DNA of 64,000 nucleotides from Octopus sinensis (taxonomy: Eukaryota), in contig NC_043009.1 in assembly GCF_006345805.1 (NCBI RefSeq), forward strand, positions 25,482,001 to 25,546,000, written 5' to 3'. The notes under the pieces are model-generated. The model worked only from the letters and a program-made list of their open reading frames with translations. It had not been told where the DNA came from and did not search any database. Each line of letters begins with the position of its first letter. The stretch's first letter is position 1. Below are positions 29,901-39,600 of this stretch, one piece after another. Both the position numbers and the translations under genes were made by a program.

Positions 29901-32900
29901 TCATCATTATCATCACCTGATGTCTCTGTTCCCAGTTGCCATGGGTTGAATTTTCTGACAAGATCTGATTGATTTGAAGTCTGCTTTGGCATGCTATCTA
30001 CAGCTGGATGCCTACCTTCCTAGTACCAACAACTCTACAAGTACTAAGCATTTTGAATGACACCAGCACTAATGAAGTTACTATTCAGCTTGCAAAACTA
30101 AGACCTCTTCAACCAAATGGGGCTGCATTAAAGAAGGTGGCCCCTTTAGCATTCAGATTATTTTGTCAAAAGAAATGCTTATTTATTCACATTGTTTTGA
30201 ATTACTTTTGCATTATCTTGTAACTTCAAGATTTCAATGACATGATTGTTTTATTTTGAGAATGGCATTGTGGGGGAGGTGTGAGAAGCTAGATCCGGCC
30301 AGTTTGAACTTAAATCAGTTAAAATATTTGGTCCTGGTTTGATCGGTTTAAATGCTAAAAGATGACAACATTTCCCCTGGATAAGGTAGTAGACCTTCAC
30401 AGGATTACTCACAGCTGATGGAACTAGAGAAACACGAAATGAAGTGTTTTATTCAGGAACACAACACACTGCTGGTCTGGGAATTGAAACCACACTCTTG
30501 TAATCATGAGTGCAGCTCCTTAGCTACTTTGCCACATGCTTTCACTACTGTTAACATGATTTCTGTTTATTTCTTTATCAACCAGGTCGTGCATGGGCAG
30601 CAACTTCAACCGAGGGTCTTCTTGTCTATTCACTCGATCACAGCCTTACATTCGATCCATTCGAACTTGAAGTAGACATCACTCCTGACAAGATACGGCA
30701 CACCTTAAAAGAAAAAGATTATTCAGCTGCCCTCATGCTCAGTTTCCGCCTCAATGAACATCCCATCATTCAGGAAGTATTGGAACAAATCCCACTCAAT
30801 GATGGTAAGTTTCGATGTCAACTAAGCCAGCAGAATGGTATTCTGGTTACCGTAAATCCTCGCGTATAGTCTGCCCTTGAGTATAATACGCAGGGGATTT
30901 GTAGGGGGCTGTACCTCTAAAAAACCTAAATCTTGTGTATAATATGCACCCCTTCTCTAACTTGAGTTGTGCATAATTAAGCCAGCAGCTCCTAGTCAAA
31001 CAAACACTTCTGTGCATGCGTAATACAATAATGGGATTGTAAATATGTTTGCAAATTGTTTTTGTTACATGTTATTCTGAATACTTTTATTTTAATAAAT
31101 GTTGCTTACTGCAAGTTATGGATGATTCTTTTATGACTTCATTGCTTTTAGGCTTAGCTTAAGGTATTTTCACGCCTGACATCACAAAATGCGTCTGAAT
31201 AAACATTGCCGGACAGCAAATAGAGACTCGGACATTGCTTAGAAAATATTTTCATTTTTGAACTCGTATATAGTACACACTAGGGATTTTGACCTTTAAA
31301 TTTTGGGGAAAAAATGCAGATTATACTCAAGGATTTACGGTAATTAGTTCTTCAAATTAAATTTCTGGGCCACTGCATAACTGTTATCTTATTGTATGGC
31401 ATTAAACCTTTTGCTCCTTTTTTTTTTTTTTATTGTAATATACTGCCTTTATTTCATTAAATAATTTTTGAAAATATTGAAGAATTTAATAAAATGACTT
31501 TGACAATATTAAACTGGTTTTAAAACTATGAATTAAAATGAAAATTTGGTTGAAGATTTTAATTTAGATCACTTTAAAATAGGGAAGTTAGTGTCACAGA
31601 AACAAGGGTTCGTGTCTGGCAGGTCGGTACCAAGAGGGTTAGCTACCAATGCCTTTGAGAGAAACAAAATTAATGACCTTATGACCTCTAAAACCTAGAG
31701 GTCAAAAGGTCATCAGATCAGAAGATATTACTTCTGCCAAAATATCCATAAATAATACCTGCTCGCTTCATAAGTGTATAAAAAATTTCATGGTAACCAA
31801 TATGAAAAAAAAAACTTTATTTTAAAAAATGGGGGAAATATAAATTGTTTTGTGCTAAAATGGATTTTTTTCTTTTTTTCTTTGTAGTTTTGATTATTTG
31901 CCAGAATCTCCACTCCACTTACGTCGATAAACTTCTGTTCTTCATCAGTGGTCAGATTGAACAGTCAGCTCACATACAATATTATCTCACCTGGCTAGAA
32001 CATCTTCTTGTTTCCCATGGGCCGGCCTTAAAACAACGGTCTGCTTCAATTATGGCCACACTGCGGTCAATACAGAAAGCTACCAAGATCAAGTATGATG
32101 ACATTGGTAAAATGTGAGTGGTCATTTTGGTACTTTAGCACCTTTCAATTTAACCATTTTTTTTGTGAAAACAAGGGATCGGCCAGAACATATAAAATTA
32201 ACAAAGACAAGTTAATAATTTATTATCCAAAATAGATATAGATAATCTATCATTGCCAGCGACACCTTACTGGCACATGAAAAACAACATTTGAGCGTGG
32301 TCGTTGCCAATGCCATCGGACTGGCTCCCATGCAAGTGGCATGTAAAAAACACCTTTTGAGCATGGTCGTTGCCAGTACCACCTGACTGGCCCTTATGCC
32401 GGTGGCATGTAAAAGCACCCACTACACTCTCAAAGTGGTTGGCGTTAGGAAGGGCATCCAGCTGTAGAAACTTTGCCAGATCAGATTGGAGCCTGGTGCA
32501 GCCTTCTGGCTCGCCAGTCCTCAGTCAAACCATCCAGCCCATGCTAGCATGGAAAGCTAACGTTAAACGACAACGATGATGATGATGATGATCCTACACA
32601 AAAATGCAAATTTATCACCGAGTGAGTAGCCGGGTACCTCATGATCCCTTCAGCAAATTGGCTTCTTCGAACTTATCTGTCAGCACCTTCAGTTTTGGCT
32701 GAACATCAAAGTCTTTTCATCACTGATGGAATTCTGGTGTTGTTTTTCTCAAAATCTATCACTTTTGTGTTTGGTAAAATCTTCCATTTCTTCCTCCATC
32801 AGATCATTTCCTCTTGTTCTCCTTCAGTTCATTACGACACCCATTCTTAGTTTCTCAACACCTGGTTTCTAGTTAAACCAACCTTCTTGCTACTCACTTC

Positions 32901-35079
32901 TCTCATTTGAGGAGGTTTTACCTTTTTCTCCGTCCTGTGAGTGCTGGCGCCATGGGAAAGACACCCATTTCTCTCTTTAAAGTGGTCAGTATTAGGAAAG
33001 ACATCCAGCCATAGAAGCCATTTCAAAGCTGACATTGTACTCCAGCTTGTCACAGTCTGTTAAGTTTTCTAGCCCTTGCCAGCATGAAAGATGGACATTA
33101 ACTCTTTCATTACCATATTTCTTTTGAGATGCTCTGTGTTTCTTTCAATTAATTTAAATCTAACAAAGAATTTAGTAAAATAACTTAGTTATCATTAAGC
33201 TAGTGTTAGGAATTTAAATTGTGACTAAGGTTTGGTGGAAGATTTTAATTCAAAACTCATGAAAACAAGACATTTGTACTCAGAGCCAGAGCCAGTTTCA
33301 GCCAGGTTGGTATCAAAAGGGTTAAATGAGGATGATAGTAATATGCGTATGTAGTTATGTATCCTGACATGTTTTGTAATTTTCTTTTCTATGATGGGTT
33401 TTATAGCCAATGTGTGAGCCTTTTGTCTCCAATAAAGAAAAGATTAAATGAACTTTAGGCTAATTAAAATATGTTTGTAACATGTTTCTATTCCTAAAGG
33501 CAAATTCACCCAGTTACCATGGGGAAAAGAATTCTCATTTATAGTAACAAGTGTAATATCTGCTTAGTATCTCCCCTTAGCAGACTCCCAGGCCTGTTTC
33601 TGGCTCTTTAGCTTTCTTCAGTTGGAGATTCTGAAGAGAGTTAACTCAAGCAGATTCTAAAGCCATAGCTTTATCTTAAAACAGTCAACATCAGTGACTG
33701 AGTTGCTCTTTTTATAGCCGGTTTGGCTACTGTTTGTGTAACACTACTTTTATATGTTTCTTATTTGGAAATAGATAATAGATATATTTTACTTTTGAAG
33801 AAGGAATATATATTGATAAACACATCACTTATAACTTACTTATAAGTGTTATCATTATACATAAATCCTGACTCCAGCTACATAAACGCCATAGTGAGAA
33901 ATATATACTCTGAAATGCTAACAGACATTTTATGCATGCATAAACACTATACAAATGCTGTAAAAAATTCAGTTTCATAATTGCAGAAATAAATTTCATT
34001 AACAAGTTGAAGAACGTGAAGAAAGAGAAAATAATTACTACTTTAGTTTATTTATGTACATTTAGCATTTATAGTACAATTGGAAAAGTAAAGTCATTTT
34101 GTCATAGAGAGTTACAACTTACAATTCACACTAGCTAATCCTTCATACTAATTACTAGAGTTCACAATAATTCAAATAAGTCTTGTTGGATTTTTATTAT
34201 AGACATGGCATAAAAAATAACCAATATCTCAAGGAGTGAATGTCATGGAGTTTAGTAACATCCTACGATCACTAATTTCCTAAAAATCAGAGTTTTTGTA
34301 ACTGCTCATATCCGAATTCTAAGAGCCATATTTCGTGAAAGATTTCTTTGATGAAAGTTTAGAATTCGTATATGGGCATTTGCTCGAACAAACATAATTG
34401 TTGCCTTTTATGACTTGCTACACTCTCATGGACCATTTGTTTGAAACAAATATAATGGAATCAACACCAAGTTGTGATAAGGAATAAACAAACTTTAGGA
34501 TAGTTGAAATATAACTATTTCATGATAAAGCTACAACTCTAGAATCTGCTCAAGTAATCTCTCTTTGGTATCTCCTGCTGAGGAAATATAAAGATTCTGA
34601 GAGTCTGTTAAGGGAAGATACTAACCAGATATGGTGCTTTTATTATCTTTTACTATAAGTGAAAATTTTTCTCAATGGTAACTACAGTAAAATAGCCTTT
34701 AGAAGTTGAAATATGTCACAAACATATTAACTAACCTTAAGTTTGTTTATTCCTCCTTGTTGTTTCGCGCTAATACCATTGTGAAGAAAGGATTATTTGT
34801 GTTGTTGTTATTGTTAGTAGTAGTTTCATTGTTATAAATCAAAATATTGTTCCTATCTTCTCCTCCAGTTGTGAACACAATGAATTCACCATGCAGTACC
34901 TGCTAAAACAAAGCCACTTGAAGCGGAAAAGGGCTGAAGAGAACTCTAAATCTAAGGGTTCGTCTGACAATGATGAGAATGATGAAGGCATGGAAAGTGA
35001 ATCAGAAGATGACAGTGGTGTGACAGACTCTTCAAATATATTTGTAAGCAAATGGTCAGATGATGACAGTGACAGCTAA
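3127..35079 (+). CDS. PWP2: Periodic tryptophan protein 2 homolog (UTP1, SSU processome WD40 protein), 16 coding exons, 5'-partial
   Basis: Exons 3127-3221, 6126-6225, 9713-9856, 11253-11388, 12641-12767, 15618-15693, 16886-17047, 18195-18402, 20340-20488, 22804-23102, 24452-24632, 25867-26014, 28399-28573, 30586-30804, 31888-32113, 34869-35079. All have GT-AG boundaries with matching phases (2656 nt, TAA at 35077-35079). PWP2 hallmark peptides present: [53 protein letters not shown]. The N-terminal exon(s) are not in the window. Confidence 0.96.
6126..6225 (+). CDS. PWP2: PWP2 exon ([34 protein letters not shown])
   Basis: ttctag acceptor, gtgagt donor, phase 1->2. Confidence 0.92.
8803..9060. 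mobile_element. Mariner-derived MITE (second copy 46365-46630)
   Basis: Long TIR tattggg/cttggtgcataattattg ... caataattatgcaccaacccagta; two about 260-bp copies. Confidence 0.8.
9713..9856 (+). CDS. PWP2: PWP2 exon (KFAVAKG...CIDWSSDSR)
   Basis: ttttacag acceptor, gtcagt donor, phase 2->2. Confidence 0.92.
11253..11388 (+). CDS. PWP2: PWP2 exon ([15 protein letters not shown]...FFEKDSMN)
   Basis: tttccag acceptor, gtatcc donor, phase 2->0. Confidence 0.92.
12641..12767 (+). CDS. PWP2: PWP2 exon ([15 protein letters not shown]...EEQST)
   Basis: gttcag acceptor, gtacct donor, phase 0->1. Confidence 0.88.
12870..13080 (+). mobile_element. RTE-like LINE 3' remnant
   Basis: [38 protein letters not shown] resembles the RTE ORF2 end (RLRW.GH..RM...R..K.......R.RGRP...WLD). 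Confidence 0.55.
14909..15192 (-). mobile_element. tRNA-headed hammerhead element, older copy
   Basis: Colinear with 61763-62033; (AAT/AAC)n linker; decayed HHR. Confidence 0.7.
15347..15560 (+). mobile_element. tRNA-derived SINE family B (agctggcagaatcgttagc...gagttcaaattcc...ATT tail)
   Basis: More than 15 copies; head-to-tail triplets at 2400-3080 and 16150-16680; reverse copies at about 2020-2200, 5320-5500, 44105-45250, 46085-46290, 47670-47860. Confidence 0.85.
15618..15693 (+). CDS. PWP2: PWP2 exon ([26 protein letters not shown])
   Basis: ttacag acceptor, gtgagg donor, phase 1->2; charged linker. Confidence 0.85.
16886..17047 (+). CDS. PWP2: PWP2 exon (...[17 protein letters not shown]...NLIHSLS)
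   Basis: tttcag acceptor, gtgggt donor, phase 2->2. Confidence 0.92.
17818..17990 (+). repeat. Compound minisatellite catagggccat-(AT)n-(CATA)n, 4 units
   Basis: Direct inspection. Confidence 0.75.
18195..18402 (+). CDS. PWP2: PWP2 exon (ISDQ...[11 protein letters not shown]...ATGGDDAK)
   Basis: tttcag acceptor, gtcagc donor, phase 2->0. Confidence 0.95.
18717..18760 (+). ncRNA. Type I hammerhead ribozyme (extended helix I), sense to the PWP2 intron
   Basis: CTCACA-CTGAGGA-TGGAT aac ATCCA-GAAAC ctag GTC^TGTGAG: complete core, helix I 6 bp, helix II 5 bp, helix III 2-3 bp; predicted cleavage after 18754. Confidence 0.8.
20340..20488 (+). CDS. PWP2: PWP2 exon ([18 protein letters not shown]...[11 protein letters not shown])
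   Basis: ctcag acceptor, gtgagg donor, phase 0->2. Confidence 0.95.
20550..20778. mobile_element. TTAA-flanked (piggyBac-like) MITE; further copies 19398-19627 and 33098-33325 (reverse)
   Basis: ttaaccctt...aagggttaa ends, three about 230-bp homologous copies. Confidence 0.75.
21206..21596 (+). mobile_element. Helentron-associated (DINE/HINE-like) element
   Basis: Starts tactagcagtatcgcccggcgttgctcggg (short IR hairpin), ends ...cagctttatatagagagagat; inserted in a TA run. Confidence 0.55.
21870..22320 (+). repeat. Diverged direct duplication, period about 260 bp
   Basis: aaatcgtaaaatatt...ttctcgaatttttgcttaattggggg...aaatcataggtaaa occurs twice. Confidence 0.7.
22804..23102 (+). CDS. PWP2: PWP2 exon ([10 protein letters not shown]...[10 protein letters not shown]...LNAD)
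   Basis: cttccag acceptor, gtaatt donor, phase 2->1. Confidence 0.95.
23620..24171 (-). mobile_element. tRNA-derived SINE family D (gtggaggcgcaatggcccagtgg...); second copy 50260-50641(-)
   Basis: A/B boxes followed by a non-tRNA body; two homologous copies. Confidence 0.75.
24452..24632 (+). CDS. PWP2: PWP2 exon ([19 protein letters not shown]...KKSAAGQ)
   Basis: ttttatag acceptor, gtaagt donor, phase 1->2. Confidence 0.95.
25867..26014 (+). CDS. PWP2: PWP2 exon ([11 protein letters not shown]...[10 protein letters not shown])
   Basis: tttcag acceptor, gtaaat donor, phase 2->0. Confidence 0.94.
26688..27130 (+). mobile_element. tRNA-derived SINE family A (ggctgtgtggtaagaagcttgc...)
   Basis: tRNA-like head, internal (TG)/(TA) tract, conserved tail; other copies near 337-695(+), 7757-7995(+), 9318-9680(+), 17500-17795(-), 29430-29815(-), 35225-35470(-), 38085-38250(-), 63555-63750(+). 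Confidence 0.85.
28399..28573 (+). CDS. PWP2: PWP2 exon ([13 protein letters not shown]...IRFSPT)
   Basis: cttccag acceptor, gtaaaa donor, phase 0->1. Confidence 0.95.
29040..29180 (-). mobile_element. MULE-like transposase remnant
   Basis: PSRTNT...[15 protein letters not shown] resembles the RTNN..E..H...HPNIWKFI motif. Confidence 0.4.
30586..30804 (+). CDS. PWP2: PWP2 exon ([18 protein letters not shown]...QIPLND)
   Basis: accag acceptor, gtaagt donor, phase 1->1. Confidence 0.94.
30848..31342. mobile_element. Tigger/pogo-like MITE
   Basis: TIR taccgtaaatcctcgcgtata / tatactcaaggatttacggta. Confidence 0.7.
31888..32113 (+). CDS. PWP2: PWP2 exon (Utp12-like C-terminal domain, ...[14 protein letters not shown]...)
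   Basis: tttgtag acceptor, gtgagt donor, phase 1->2. Confidence 0.93.
34869..35079 (+). CDS. PWP2: PWP2 terminal coding exon with acidic tail
   Basis: ctccag acceptor phase 2; [12 protein letters not shown]...DDDSDS-stop. Confidence 0.9.
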
Positions 35080-35101
35080 CAGAGGGCCTCGATATTTTTG
35101 T

Positions 35102-35107
35102 AATAAA
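35102..35107 (+). terminator. Candidate polyadenylation signal of PWP2
   Basis: AATAAA 22 nt after the stop codon, followed by a GT/T-rich tract. Confidence 0.5.
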
Positions 35108-36598
35108 GTTAAAATGCTATCTTACTGAAGTTGTTGCAATTTGTGGATGTATTTATTTAATTTTTACCTTTTACATGTTTCACTCATTGATCTGTGGCCT
35201 AGCTGAGGCACTACCTTGAAGGGTTTTAGTTGAACAAATCAACCCCAGTACTTGTTTTTGTTTTTTGTCTTTTTTAAAAATCTTTTGCTTATTCTGTTGA
35301 TCTCTTCTGGGGATGTAAACAAACCAACATCAGTTGTCAAACAGTGGGAGTGACACAAATGCAACATAAACACAAGCACATAAATGCACACATGGGCTTC
35401 TTTCAGTTTCCACCTTCCAAATCTGCTCACAAGTCTTTTGTCAGGCAGGGGCTGTAGTAGAAGGCACTTTCCCAAGAAAGCAGCCCCCCAACATTCACCA
35501 CCTCCACCACCACTACTGATATTGAAGGGGTGGGGCGGAATGAGATGTAAAACTGAAAACCAACAACAGTGAAATGGAGGTCACAGTCTTCAATTTACTG
35601 TGAAACTAAATTCTAATTAACAGTCCCCATTAACAAGAAATAAATCAATATCTGACAAATAGAATAATCACCATATTTGTTTTTAAATATTTTATTTTTC
35701 TTCTTCAGTAACTATGAATGGAGCAAGTAGTGTTTTGTAGACAAAGAAACCAATCTGTATGGTTTTCGTTACTCTTTACAATTATCGTTAAAAATTTTTT
35801 TTCAATGTATCATATAGATGTCACTTTTGATGCTGGATCTAAATTTCCTATTCGTTTATTCCAGAAAAATTTTGCAAAAACGTTACGGTGTTCATCGTTT
35901 GATAATTTTCAACCAATCAGAAAACAGTGCATTCATTGCCTCTTCCATCATTGGGAGTGGGGGGGGGGGCATCAGCATGTCAAGACATTCTTACGCACAC
36001 ATACTACTCACACAAAGTTGAAAAGCTGTTTTTATTTTCATTTTCAGCATTGAATATTCACCATCCCACTTCCATTGCACACACATACACACACACATCT
36101 TCCTTTTACATACGCACACACATATACTCACACAGAGTTGAAACTCTCCCACTACCAGTTTGTCATCACCCCTTCCTTCCTTATTCATCTGTCACCCTTT
36201 CCTTTCTCATTCATATGTTATGATGGAGAAAAAACATTTTTCTAAAAGGTTATCTTTGTCTTATCTTCTTCTCTTCCTTGTGTGCATGTGCAGCATCTTT
36301 GGTTACTATGGAAATACAGTTTATCACCATGGTGATGTGTAAAATACTTGTTTCTGATTGGTTAAAATACCCAAATTTTGCAAATTTTAAAGGCTAATAA
36401 TTTTTTAATTATGGATTTATAGAAAAAAAACGAACCTCATTTTCATAATTAGTAGACAACATTTAATCCATATTCCAAATTTGAAAACAATTGGAACAAA
36501 ATCTTAAACAGTGACGAGAACCACAAAAATCCAAAGAAACAAACAAACTAGCAAAACAGAAAAATAATCCTTTGATACCAAATTGAGTACTTTGGTTG

Positions 36599-36696
36599 TT
36601 ATGGAATAATATCAAAGGTGGTGATGGTGGTGGTGGTTGTTGGTTGAGGAGGTGGTGGTGGTATTTCAGTTTTCTGGTTGAAAGCAGGAACTCTGC
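36599..36696 (-). CDS. Candidate terminal exon of the death-domain gene ([23 protein letters not shown]...IIP-stop)
   Basis: ttctaaactgatttcag acceptor, phase 1 matches the donor at 38418. Confidence 0.4.
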
Positions 36697-39600
36697 CTGA
36701 AATCAGTTTAGAAATATAAAGGTTGTTAATGATCAAATGATGAAAATTAGTTAAATTAGTTAAATATAGAAAACATCCAATATGAAGCTGGTAATTAACT
36801 GTATAACTGCATATATGCATCCTTATACCCTTGTCTGAGACATTAACCACGCCTACTTATCCATATTCCTTGGCTTAATGAGACACTAACCACAACCCCA
36901 TTCGTATACATCAGTCTAATGTAACATTGACCATATCCTCTTGTCCATATGACATTTTAATTATTAACCACACCTCTGGCCATATACATCACTCTAATTT
37001 AGCAGTAACCACACCTACTTCTTCATATATTGCATTTTAATTAGGTGTTAGCCACACCCACTTACCCTGTGTAGTGGTGTCGGTTGGTCTTAGACAAATT
37101 ACCATGCTTAATTAAATTAAGATTATTTAAAACAGTGTTTGGTAAATTGCAACACACAGACTTTCTGAATGGCACCCCTAACAAAAGATAACCCTTAATT
37201 TTATTAGTAGTGCAGTCCACCTGATGATGAACCATGTCTTAATGTGGCCCACTTCTCAAAAAAGGTTATCCATTCCCTGCTTTAGAATTTTTAAACTTGT
37301 CCGAATAACCATGGCTAAGAAAGAATTACATAGATACAAACCCCTGTTTTGTCTTCTCATTAATAAAATGTGGGTGGAAAAGATTTTGGTAATTTTTGAT
37401 GAAGGGTGTTACTGTATTAATGGTATCAAGTTTGGAGGGCCTGCAAATGTTATGGGCACTGCCCTGCCCCTGTCTTCAGACTCATCTTTTGTCTTTCCTT
37501 TCATTTTTTTTTCCATGTTTCATTCATGCTTGGGCATTGTCTTGAAGGGTTTTACTCAATCAGGTTGACCCTACTACTTGGTTTAAAGCCTGGTACTTAT
37601 TATATTGGTCTCTTTTGCCAACCTATTAAATTACAGGGATATAAACAAACCAGCACTGGTTGTGATGGGGTGGGGAGACTGACATGAATATACACTTTTT
37701 TCTAATCTTTCTGTCTTTACACTCACTGGATTTGACAGGCCATGCAGATCCTTCATCAGGAATCTGCTCTGCACACCTCTTTCTATAATTTTCCCTTGTC
37801 CCCTAGCATGAAGATGAACCCCTCCCCCTCTCTCCAACACATTTCCCCCAGGGCTCGTAGTCCTGTCAACTGCATGGCAGTCTTAGTGCAGGTGACGAGA
37901 AAAAGTACCCAGTCCATACTGTAGAGTTATTGGTGTTATGAAGGGCATCCAGCCATAAAAACTATGCCGAAGTAGATATTGGAGCTTGATGCAGTCTTTG
38001 GACACAATGCATCCTGTCAAACTATCCAACGCATGCCGTCATGGAACATGGACTTCGAATGATGATAATATCAAATAGATGTCTCTGTGTATGTGTGATG
38101 GGATTCCACACAATTTCTGTTTAACAAATCCATTCACAAGGCTTTGGTCAGCCCGTGGTTGTAGTAGACACTTGTATAAGGTGGCATTCTGTTGGACAGA
38201 ACCTGAAATTGTGCAGTTGCAAAGCAAGCTTCTTATCCCCAGTTCAAGAACCATGGTATTACTCCCCCCGTTTATAGTTTCTGCTGAGAGACCTGAAAGT
38301 TCTTACCATTTTTATTTCAAATGTAAACACAGGGAACTCACTGATATACATGTCTGTAGCAACTGAAAGCATAAACCCTATGAAAATGCATTGGAACTTG
38401 AGATTTTGAATACTTACAAGCAAGGAACTGGTAACCGAGTTTTGTGAGAGATTTCTGGAGTTGTTCTTGATCGTATTTTTGCCAACATTCCAAGACAGAA
38501 AAGCACTTTTCTCGAAGAGATAGATCGACACGTTTGTCAATGTTTACCTGTGTTTCTTCTGAAATACCCAGGTATGTGGCCAGTTCTTGCCATCTGATTG
38601 CCAGAGCTTTAGAACGGCAAAGGAAATCAAAGAATTTCTTTTTCTCACAATCTGCAAAAAACCATGGAATTTATGCATTCAATTAATTCGAAGTTTTCTA
38701 TCAAATGTAAAACTTATTTATTCACATTGTTTTAAATCAGTTAGACATTATTTTGTAGTTCTGAGATTTCAATAAGGTGGTTGTTGCATTTTTAGAAGGA
38801 CATTGTAGGCAAATTTTGCAAGAAAATATGGCATCTGTGATTCATAGATGCCATACTTTTGTAAAAAGTTGCATACCCAGTGCTCTCCAACTGTCATTTC
38901 CACAATGTTCTATGGGGCCAAAGAGTGGGAGAGACAACAAAATGGTATCTATGTGTGCTTCTGACAACATAAACACCTGTTCTATATTTAAAAGATGAAA
39001 AATTATGTACATTATTTACATTTGATGGATATTTGTCCTCATCTTGTTAGTTGTTAACACAGCGTTTCGGCTGATATACCCTCCAGCCTTCATCAGGTGC
39101 CTTGGGGAAATTTCGAACCTGGGTTCTCATTCCGATGTTTTTATTATTATTCAGGTGACCTGAAAAATACCTTAGGAATGAGAACCCATGTTCAAAATTT
39201 CCCCAAGACACCTGATGAAGGCTGGAGGGTATATCAGCCAAAATGTGTTAACAACAAAAAAGATGAGGACAAATATCCATTGAATGTACATAAACACTGG
39301 TGTTTTAGCAAGACTGGTACATGATACCATGCCACTTTCTCACACAAGTGATGGCTAATCTCTATGCTTAAGCGTGTGATTGATATTTATTCCATCATCA
39401 TAATCATCATTTGATGTCTATGCTCCCAGTTGCCATGGGTTCAATTTTCTGACAGGTTCTGATTAGTTTAAAGTCTGCTTTGGTATGTTTTCTACAGCTG
39501 GGTGCCTGCCCTTCTTAGCACCAACCACTTTACAACAAGTACTGAGCATTTTTCATGGCACCAGCACCAGTGAGGTTGCTATGCAGCTTGCAAAACTAAG

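Noticed and set aside
3222-34868. Box C/D snoRNAs in PWP2 introns
   Set aside because: Several RTGATGA motifs were seen, but none had a properly spaced CTGA and terminal stem; snoscan or snoReport would be needed.
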